A stretch of DNA of 63,988 nucleotides, the filler included, from Ministeria vibrans ATCC 50519 (taxonomy: Eukaryota > Protista > Filasterea): NCBI GenBank assembly GCA_943704425.1. It is 13 parts of 13 records of this genome, joined end to end, with 100 filler letters (N's around TTAATTAATTAA, not from the genome) between each part and the next. Parts side by side here need not be neighbours in the genome. Positions count along the whole stretch, not along the records: positions 1 to 4,272 come from CALSCP010002491.1; positions 4,373 to 14,591 come from CALSCP010002010.1; 11 more parts are not named here. The stretch is one strand, 5' to 3'. The translations under genes and the position numbers were made by a program. The notes under the pieces are model-generated. The model was not told the DNA's origin and did no database searches. It saw only the letters and a program-made list of their open reading frames with translations. Shown piece by piece: positions 1-9,818 of this stretch; position 1 is the first letter of the stretch, and every line of letters starts with the position of its first letter.

Positions 1-98
1 GCAGACATGTCACATCATGTAAACAACCATGCGAATCATCCATCCCCCCTTTTTTTTCTTTTCTTCTCTCTCTCTATTTTCTTCTCTGTGTATGTGTA

Positions 99-1217
99 CC
101 CTGCGCGCCACAATGGTGACTGCGTCCAACATGCCACACGACGGGTCGCACGAGTGTGTAACCTCATCGGCAATCTCCGTTACCGGATTGCACACCACAG
201 GCACGTGCCACAGTCCACTGCTCACTTGCGCCGAGTATCGCACCGTCTCTTCTCCCAATCCTCGAATTGTCTTCTCATCCACCGTCTTTCCGCCCCACAC
301 TAAAACGGTCTCTCCCTTTTTGATTTCCTATGTATGACCCATATCAAATCGAGTTCAGTAAACTTTGACACTATTTGAGACGGAATTGCACCTTGAGAGT
401 GTAAACGGTACGCGAGCCGGACTTCTCGCGAACAAGACACGTTCGTGGATCGTTCCAGCCCACTTGTTGCGACTGTGCCACAATGTGCGACATACAGTGC
501 TCCTGAGAAAATACTGACTGAGTCACACACTCCCTCTTACACACAAACACGTCCACTTCTACCTTGTTCTTGGCCATAAAAACGGGATCGCGGTAGTTTG
601 AGAAAGTGAGAAGTCCACGGCACTGCGCTGCGCCACAGAGGCACTGCATGCCCGCATGAAACGACATTTCCGTCTCGGTGAACGCATAGTCGTAAACTAC
701 GTGTTCGCCAGCTTCAATGCGTCGGAGTGCCACCAGTGTGTCGTCGTCTTGGTAACCACAGTTGGGATCACACGAGTGGTTGAAGTAGTACGACGTGTCC
801 TACGCGGACACCTTCTGTTACATTTCGTTCTCTCTTGCTCTCTCTTGGTTTCTCCCTCCTTTCTCTCCCCTGTCTCTCTCTTCCCCCTTACGAAATCAGC
901 GTCGGTCGCCTCGGCCTTTGTCGATCCAAGCGTGTCAATGGCAATGGCATAAGAGTACATCTTCAAAAACTCTCGCCTCTTCTGATCCGGCTCATTGGCA
1001 ATGTCAAGATAAGAGTACTCTTCCAGGACATCCGCCTCGCCCGTCCACCACACCCGCTCGCCCGCCTGCCAATGCACACCACACACAGTTTAGTCCCACG
1101 CGCCGTGCACCCGCACCCCCCCTCCGCCCCTACCTCGATGGCTTCCTGCGCGATGATGCCCTGGCAACGAAACGTTCCATAATCAATTTCGCCGTGTGTG
1201 ACTTTTTCCGTCAGCAT
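99..1217 (-). CDS. Tandem SET-domain protein (SET+post-SET followed by a second SET), multi-exon, 3' end truncated at window start
   Basis: Spliced translation gives NHSCDPNCGYQDDDTLVALRRIEAGEHVVYDYAFTE...MQCLCGAAQCRG (SET motifs plus post-SET CxCxxxxC), then EIKKGETVLVWGG...THSCDPSCGMLDAVTIVARR. GT-AG introns. Confidence 0.8.
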
Positions 1218-1988
1218 CGTTTCTGTCCGTCTACACCAAACAATCAAGCTCGCATGAGGTTGGGTATGCCACAGGGAGTCTATTCTAGCGCCAATCGCAC
1301 GCGATGGTGCATGTCATGGGGTTTTTGTGGGTGGGCTGTGGTTTTAAAGCATATCCAGCTGAAGCACCAATTTCAATCCTATTGGCTATATGCACCGAAT
1401 ACAACAAATGCTTTTGCAATCCAACCTACCGTTAATGGGAATATGAGATAAAAACTGTGACTTTAGAGTTTAGGATTTTAAATTTTTGTTTTGAATGATA
1501 ACTGGGGTTTTTTTATTTTTCTTTATTTCTCTCTGCGCCTCTCTCTGCCACCCTCGGCGATCCGCCAATCCTTTGCAGTCATTTACTCAAGTCCGTCACG
1601 CTCTGTCATTCATGGCGATCGGGGCCCAATTTCATGACAGATCAACGGGATGAGTTGAATCTGGGATGGGACGGGATTGATTGTCACGCACCCGTCAAGA
1701 TAGAGTACGTATCAGTCGCCATCAACCATTACATATATACATATAATATATATATATATATATGTCAATTAATGAACAGTAGTCAGGTGTGTAGCTGCTG
1801 TGGTGACACACCGCTTTTGCGAAACTGCAGCTGCAAGTGCTGCGAGCGAATGACTGAACCAATTGCAAAAGACGTGTCAAAGTGAACATCACAATTTCAC
1901 ATCTTTTTTTTCATTGATGACGAGCCGCCGAATCAAATCGAGTGCCCCGTCGTCGCCGGCGCCCCGATCGCCGGCCGCCTTTGTCGAG

Positions 1989-4272
1989 ATGGGGGCTTTT
2001 GATGGAGTGCCGGAACTCGTCGAAGCAACGTCCGAAGGGTGTCTTCGCGTGCGCGACGCCGCCCTCAACAGCTTTGTGGGCCTGGGCCCGCCCGATCTCG
2101 TCCACGTCCGCAAGCATTGCCCGGAAAACAAGAAATCAAGCTTCTCCATTGTGGCATCTGCGTCGTCGTCCCCCTCCAAAACACCCGTCAAGGTCAGCGA
2201 ATGCGCCACCGCCACACCGTCGCCTGGACGCCCCCCCCCCTCTCCCTGCTCTCCGCAACAGCCTCCCTTCAGAGCCTGGACGGCTTCTCTGTCTCTTTAC
2301 CTGAGGAATCCACAGTGAAAGTACTGACAATGTTTTTTTTTCTTTCTTTTCCAGACGTACAGCTCATTCCACAATGTTGTTGGCATCGACTGCAGCAGTG
2401 CGGCTACGCCTGCGGCATACTTTACGGGCCTACTCAACGACCAGATGAAGGCAGGCAACGCGTGGCGGCTGCAGGGCGGCACCTACTGCACATACAATGC
2501 GTTTGCGCGCGTCGACGTGCGCATTGTGGTTGCTCTGCCGGGCTCCATCGAAGCATACTGCACCACACAGTCTGGCGAGCGTCTTGCCATCGACGACCTT
2601 GGCTGGAAGGAGACATATGTGTCCAGTGTGCTGCGCGCACTTCGAGCGCCCGATGATCTTGCCCGAAGTACGACTGTGATTCGATTGCATACTAATTATG
2701 ATAATTCTTTCGTTTCTGATTCTTTGATTTTTTTTTCAGTTCGCATTGATGCACTGCGCATCTTTGACCCACTTCCGAGCCCCAAGGCAGAGCGAGAGTT
2801 TCTGCAAACTGTCCAAGAGCTGTACTTTGAGAGCTTTGTGACCGGTTGTGAGCATCCCACCACAAGTCCCTCGCACATCCACAATCGCGTCGTTGCCGGC
2901 CTTTGGAGCTACTTTCACAGCACAGCTCGCTACCGCCAGGCCATTGAATTTTTTGAGCCGCGTAAGCAAGACCAAGGAAAAGGAGAGAAGAAGAAGAATT
3001 TGTGTGTTCTTATTGTGTTTTTCCCAGTGGCTGCGCGCGATCCGGAGCAGACAGTCTTTCTCGCCGAAGCGTATCGCCATTTGGGCGAAATTCCAACGGG
3101 TCTCTGTCTTCTTGCGCGGGTATCACATCAATTGAAGACGACAGAAGGAAATCTCATAATAGGTTTTGTCGTACTTATTTGCGACGTGTTTTTAGGCACT
3201 GATGCGAATGCCAAAGTCATGGGCACTGTTGGTGAAGGAGGCAGAGCTGTTGGAAGAGAGTGGGAAGATTGCTCTGGCACTGGAAGTGTCGAAAATGGCA
3301 GTGGATGTGGCGTCGGGATCCACACAGGCGTGGCTCTCGTACGCTGATGTGTGTGTGTCGGCCGGGCTTTACGAAGAGGCACGAGCACACCCCACAAGAC
3401 TCAAAGCACTGACACATACCACACACACCACAAAGACTCACCACGCACACTGGTTGACTGACTTCTTTTGTGCGCTTAGGCATTGATTGCTGTGAATCTG
3501 GCACCCATGGCGGCCAAGGAGCCCGACCGTATGGCAGCACTGACTCCCGAGTCGCGTGTCAACTGTGACGAAAGCATTGCCATGTCGATTATGGCTGAGC
3601 GGGCGGGCACTGAGGTGCTGGGGAGTCTCAGTGGGAATGTGCTGCGCAGTACATTTACCGATGCGTATGCGGTGCTGGCCAAGATGCTCAAGAAGCTCGG
3701 GTGGGCGCAAATGCTGTCTCGTCGCGCGAACACGTTTGTGCTCGAGACCGAGTTCACCTGGGGCCAGAAGATTGCGGTTCCGCGTGCAGCTGCCAAGCGC
3801 ACCGCGTCGCGCGAAATGTCAGCGACTGGCGTGGACATTGTCAAGGCCATTGCAACTGCCAACATGACGGGCAGCAGCGGCGACGAGACCAAGGCCAAAG
3901 CGGCAGTGTCACGGCGCCAGTCGCAGTTGTCGTTGTCGCGGTCCATTCAGGAGGAAGGCGTCGAGGACGACGATGAAGCAACCGGCCCTTCGGTCACAGC
4001 AAGCAGTGACGCGACGACCGAGTCTGTCTCAGTCGACTCGGCAAAGCCATTGGTCACGGTCGACGAGAAGAAACTAGCGTCACTTCATCGCACACTGAGC
4101 AGCACTGGTAGCACCAGTGGCAAGGGCAAAGGGGCAATGGCCAGTTCTCTAACGTCAGTTGCAACAACACTCTCAGGCGAGGGTAGCGGCAGCGACGGAA
4201 TGACAATAACTTTGATTGATTATTTTAATTCTTGCCTGACAATGAGCACCGATCCCACTGCGGACATCTTCG
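1989..4272 (+). CDS. ChAPs (Chs5p-Arf1p-binding, exomer cargo adaptor; Bch1/Bud7-like) TPR protein, 3' truncated
   Basis: Motifs FVGLGPPDLVHVRK, FHNVVGIDCSSAA, YCTYNAFARVDVRIVVALPGSIEAY, WKETYVSSVLRAL, and AWLSYADV...ALIAVNLAPM match the ChAPs family. Several introns, including a GC-AG intron at 3379-3479. Confidence 0.85.
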
Positions 4273-4372
4273 NNNNNNNNNNNNNNNNNNNNNNNNNNNN
4301 NNNNNNNNNNNNNNNNTTAATTAATTAANNNNNNNNNNNNNNNNNNNNNNNNNNNNNNNNNNNNNNNNNNNN
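4273..4372. other. Artificial contig spacer N44-TTAATTAATTAA-N44; the same spacer occurs at 14592, 17710, 19896, 32649, 34595, 47849, 53174, 55365, 57136, 58437 and 60903
   Basis: Identical 100-nt pattern with stops in all six frames, seen 12 times. Short internal N gaps also at 24940-24949 and 51793-51801. Confidence 0.98.
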
Positions 4373-4379
4373 AAAAAAA

Positions 4380-4526
4380 GAAGCTTTCGCCCTAGGACTT
4401 GCAAAAAAAAAAAAAGTCTCTCGGAATGTCCGCTTCGGCCCATGCGGGGGTGAAGCAGCCGCTTCGGATGGCTAGATTATCTGTCTTGTACAATGAAGCT
4501 TTTGCCCGACGACTTCCAAAAAAAAA
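4380..4526 (+). mobile_element. Short poly(A)-tailed retroposon (SINE-like or 5'-truncated LINE tail), copy A, preceded by an extra tail fragment plus poly(A)
   Basis: GTCTCTCGGAATGTCCGCTTCGGCCCATGCGGGGGTGAAGCAGCCGCTTCGGATGGCTAG...GAAGCTTTTGCCC...CTTCC(A)n is near-identical to the reverse complement of 53054-53173 and similar to 5350-5498. Confidence 0.75.
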
Positions 4527-4559
4527 TGATTGTTCGAAAGCAAAGGAATGTCATGGCGA

Positions 4560-4850
4560 GTGAAAGCTCAAGCTTTTTGCCTGAACTTCGAGCCTCGTTT
4601 GTCGGAGCATCGTTGTGCGCCTTCCCATTCTTCTTGACATGGTCCTGGCACCACTCTTGAGCGTCGACGCTTCACCGCCTCCTTCGCCGTCTTCTTCAGC
4701 CTCTTTCGCAGACCCGTCGGGCACAGCTGCATCGCCCAGTAGCCGGTGGTCAGTCTCACTGCACTGATTGCCCTCACCAGTTTGTCTCTGTCTATCTTGT
4801 CCATGCGCCAACTTTCAATTTCCCCTACTACCTACGTTCTTTCAGCACAG
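4560..4850 (-). mobile_element. Diverged fragment of the same retroelement ORF C-terminus as 6140-6330, in inverted orientation
   Basis: LCPTGLRKRLKKTAKEAVK here versus LCPKSKWKRLKKAAKEAVK at ~6246-6302; AVRLTTGY versus AVRLVMGY. Confidence 0.6.
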
Positions 4851-5079
4851 TATTAAAAATTAAACGAGTTTGAAATGTTCAATTAAGCCGTACAATCATA
4901 AAATCTGTTTAACATATTTCGCAATATATAATGAACATAAGTACATTTAAATGTCAAACATGACGTAGTGCGAAATTCAATGTTAAATATATTTTTGTGC
5001 ACAATGTATACAGCGAAAAATCTTGTAAGTTCATTTGTAAATATTTTGACGTGTGTTTGACCCGAATGAATAAGCGGAC

Positions 5080-6420
5080 GACTCTCTTTTGACTGCAGAG
5101 AAGATGACACTGGAGGAACGATGGGAGGAGGAGAATGGCAGCGTGAATTCGTCCAAGGCCAAGAGCATGGTTGACCTGAGCAATTCTGCACCGACAGCAC
5201 GAGCGGAGCTGGCGGTGCATGCGGGACAGATCACTTTTGAGCACGTCAAGGCCCATGTAGGGAAGGCAGGAGACGGGCGCGAACCGGACTGGCGGGAGAG
5301 GTCGAACGCAGTCGCAGACGAGCTGGCCAACGAGGGGTGTCAATTGAAGGGGGGTTTTTTTTTTGAAAACCTAGGATGAAAGCTTCATTGTACAAGACAA
5401 TCTAGCCCTCCGAAGCGGCTGCTCCATCCCCGCATGGGCCGAACGGTAACAGAACGAGACTTGCATGCGCTCAAAAAGGTGCACCCAGGCAAGCACACGT
5501 GTCAATTGAAGTGCACGAGCATTTTCAGTCTGAGGCGATTCAACGACGAAGAAGAAGAGTCATTGAAGACGAGGGCATTGAGATGCATGCAAGTCGACCG
5601 GTGCTCAAAGACGCGGATGTGAGCGGGCACTGGGCACGCGAGACGAGCAAGCAAACGACGAGATGGCGATACAAGGGCACAACCACCTTTCGTTTGAGGA
5701 GGTTGCAAGATGAGGAGGGCGTGATCAAGATGAGAGCGACAGGCAGTGTGCAAATCAACAAATCAATTATTGGTGCTTAAGGACACGGATGAGGGCACAG
5801 GGCACGCGCGACGCGAAACAAGACTAGCTCTCAAAGTTTGTGAACAACGGACTGGGAAGAAGAGAATGAACAGGTGGAAGACACTGAGACGACAAGGTGA
5901 GACGGCGAGGGATGGAGATGAGAAGTGGTTTGCATCCCGTTTACAAGGAGACGGTTTGCGGTGCGAGCAGTGTTGAGACTACTCAAGTGCAAGGTAAGTG
6001 AACATGAGGAGGGGCTATGGCACGACGACGGCAGAGGACGACACCGGCGAATTGTGCACAAAGTGCGATGAGAGCCTGGTGGAGACAACAGAGCACCTGC
6101 TGAGCTTCAAGGGATTTGGCGATCCTGTACTGATAAAGCCTTGAAGCGGGTGGTAGGAGAAATTGAAAGACGAGATGGACAGGGGCAAACAACCAGTGCC
6201 CAAACGGCAGTGCGACTGGTCATGGGCTACTAGTAGGGCGATGAGTTGTGCCCGAAGAGTAAGTGGAAGAGGCTGAAGAAGGCAGCGAAGGAGGCGGTGA
6301 AGGGTGCTCAAGATGAGGAAGGAGAGACCAAGACGAGAGTAGTGGACTGCGCGCAATTCGACCGTCGGACGCGATGCCCTCTTAAAAACCAGTGTTATTT
6401 AAACCACAGAGACATGCGCG
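5080..6420 (+). mobile_element. Decayed non-LTR retrotransposon 3' portion: RNase H C-terminus, zf-RVT-like knuckle and CCCH finger; frameshifted, with stops
   Basis: ITFEHVKAHVGK...SNAVADELANEG (RNase H C-terminal motifs), LCTKCDESLVETTEHLLS at 6052-6105, and CAQFDRRTRCPLKNQCYLNH at 6348-6406. Confidence 0.75.
5350..5498 (-). mobile_element. Short retroposon copy B with a 13-bp target-site duplication GTGTCAATTGAAG (5337-5349 and 5499-5511)
   Basis: Direct repeats flank the insert, a T-run lies on the + strand at the element's 3' end, and removing the insert restores the host reading frame (NEGCQLKCTSIFSLRR). Confidence 0.85.
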
Positions 6421-7815
6421 ACAAAGTGACTGGAAGAAACCGTCGGATAAAACGACCTCTCTCTCTCTGCCCGCACCACTTCCAAAATATCGCTCATTGA
6501 CTTGACTCTCCCTCCAGTTGCGCTCGAACAAGAGAAGAGTAAAGACACTCTGAAAGACGCCAACACCAGAAGGCAAGTGCAAACCGCGTGCCACGGAACA
6601 CCAAGCACACTCGGAGAACGACATCAAGTGTGACTCAACTTGCTCAGGTGTAAATACCGTCTTTGACTCCGACATCACACCTTCCGGCTCCATTCCCACT
6701 ACAGTCCGCAGCGACTCAAAACCGAGTCCACCGCTACCCACACTGGCACGGGGTCATCTCCTGCTGACACCCCAGGCACGCATCAGCCAGACTGCCACAC
6801 CACACACACGCTGAGTAGACGCATTGCAAACGCGTCGTTCTCCTCCCCCAAGCCCCCAACAGTTTACCCACTCTCGCCGCATAGATCGCCTTCCATCCGA
6901 CGGAGTCATGTGGTGCGGTTCACACGACGACGGCGGCGACGAATACGTTGGCGTGGCCAAAGGAGAAGAACGAAAGAAGAAGGAACCGTTTGAAAGGTTG
7001 TCGCTACAGGACACACACAAGAACAACACCCGGCTGATATGGGTTGGTGCTTGTGGAAACCACAATGTACACCGTCTCCAGCAAACAAACCCCACCGGCC
7101 GACAAGGGTTGCCTCTGCGGTGTGGATTCTCGATGGCGAATTGCCCATGTCTCGGGGCAAGACCGCTCGCCTCTGCGCCCCCCCGCCGTACCATGACACA
7201 TGGCCATACAAATGGCATAGTCACATGCGGCGTTAGTCTTATGTACGGGCCAGGAACTCACTCATTCCAAAAAAATTGATTCAAAGTTCTCAATCACTCA
7301 ACCAAACTACAATTCTACTTATTTCTACAGCCTACACTATTTTTTGCTCCCGTGCCCTCCCCAAAACATCCACCAAGCGGTACGACCCCCATCCTTCCAC
7401 TTCCAACATTCCGTCCAAAAAATTGAAGAAGAAACAAAAAAAAACCGGTTTGAAAACCAGTTTTCAACTCGCTGAATCGATGACGCTCCATCTGGCAAGG
7501 CACCGCGCCATGCCCGCCGCCGTCCATTCCCACACACGCGCAGTCTAGCGGATGTCCGCGAGACACGCGTCGATAGCCGCATTGTCGGTCAATAGCGAAA
7601 TTTCGTGTTTGTCGGGACGTGCGGACCAAAAAAAAAAAAAGAACGCTGTGAATTTTTCGTCGTTTCACGAATATCCTCAGCGCTCGCGTGAATCACGCAC
7701 GCACAGCTGTCTTATCAGCATGCGGGGAACGCCAGGGCTACTCGCGCGACCGCTCAAACCGCACCATTCCGGTCTCCTGTAGAAAGTTCTCTCAGTGTGG
7801 CGTGCTACAGACCAA

Positions 7816-9784
7816 ATGTCCGATCCTCGACAACTCCTTGACTTCTCGGGCAAGCTCGACGTGGCACTACTTGACAATGTTGTCTCAGCCATGTTTGAAG
7901 GGAGCCCGCACCTCCAGGTAAGTCGTCATTTCAAAGTTGGGTTGCGAAAAACGGTCAAAAAACGATCGCAAGTTGCAATGTGCGACTTTGAAAAAGAACG
8001 GCAAAGAGAACTCGCATGGGCACGCCATCGGCACAGCGACACGTGTCCCCGTGCATTGACTGAAATACTTACTAGCGTCGAGAGAAATTTGGTGCCTTGA
8101 GAGTGTGCGATGGTGTCAGTGCTCGACTACGTCACTTTCGTTCGCGCTTCTTTTGACACCTTTTCTTTCCTTAGCAACAAGACGCACAGCAACTGCTCAA
8201 CGAATTTCAGGAACACCCCGAAGCATGGACTCGCGTCGACGCGATCCTCGAATTCTCCCAGAGCATGAATACGAAATACTTTGCGTTGAAAATCCTCGAG
8301 TCACTCATCCAGACGCGCTGGAAGGTACTGCCCGTCGAGCAACGCGAAGCCATCAAAGATTACATTGTCAACTTGGCCATCGAGTCCAGCAGCGACGACG
8401 CCACCCTCGAGACGAACCGTGTCTTTATCAACAAGATTAATCTCGTCCTTGTCGAGGTCACACAAACAACAACATTTTATTTTTCGCTCTCTTCTCTAAA
8501 CCAGCAGTACCTTTCACAGATTCTCAAACACGAATGGCCACATAACTGGCCCACCTTCATTTCGGACATTGTCGGTGCCAGCAAAACAAGCGAGTCAATG
8601 TGTCAGAACAACATGGTCATTCTCAAACTCCTCAGGTATCTATTATAAAGGAAACGATTGCGCGTTCGGCATCAAACGCATCGCTGATCCCCTGAATGCG
8701 CGCGCCATTGCTGACGGCACATTATCTTTGAGAAAACTTTCTGACTGGTTTTTTTTTCTTCAATTTTTCTTTATTTTTTGTGTGGGTGTGTGTTTGCAGT
8801 GAGGAAGTGTTTGACTTCTCGAGTGGAAAAATGACCCTGGCCAAGGCCAAGCACCTCAAAGACACGATGTGCAACGAATTTTCTCAGGTACACAACATAA
8901 TTATTGTCAATAATGACGTCTTTTAATTTGTTTTCTGTAGGTGTTTCAACTGTGTATGTACGTGCTGGAGAACAGCGCTCGCCCTGCTCTGCTGACGGCG
9001 ACCCTGGGCACACTTCTCAAGTTTCTCAACTGGATTCCCCTCGGCTACATTTTCGAGACGAATCTCATGACAGCACTCATTTTCAATTTCCTGCGCGCTC
9101 CTGCCTTCCGCAATCTCACTCTGATGTGTCTCACAGAGGTGGGCTCGCTCCAGGCCGCCGAAGACAAGTACGGCAACCGCTTTGTGCAACTCTTCGACAA
9201 CACGATGGGTCAGATCCGCAACATGCTCGACATGTCCTCCGACCTGCGCACCCTCTACCAGCACGGCTCCTCGGCCGAGCAAGACTTCATTCAGAACCTC
9301 GCTCTCTTCTTCTGTGGCTTCCTCAAGGAGCACGCTGGTCTCATCGAGGCCATTCCCGAACAACACGGCAACCTCCTTGACGGACTCAACTACCTCGTTC
9401 TCATCAGTCACGTCGACGACGTAGAAATCTTCAAAATTTGCCTGGAGTACTGGAACTTTCTCGCTGCCAGTCTGTACGGTTTTTTTTGTTTGTTCGCCTC
9501 CCATCTCACTTTTTTTTTCTTCTATTTTTTTCTTTCAGGTACAACGAATCGCCTTTTAGCGTTTCGACGGCAAGCAACAACGGAGGCCTGGGTCTTGTGC
9601 GCGGACGCATGGCCGCAGGACCCATGACATCACCTCGTCGTGCCCTCTACGCACCCATTCTGAGCAAAGTGCGCTCTGTCATGGTCTCGCGCATGGCCAA
9701 GCCCGAAGAAGGTAACAATAATAATAATAATAATAATAACAATAATTATAATAACAATATAATAACAATAATTATAATAATAAT

Positions 9785-9818
<34 letters not shown>

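Noticed and set aside
6500-7280. Possible gene or further element downstream of the LINE fragment
   Set aside because: Short overlapping ORFs with no recognisable motifs or consistent splice pattern.
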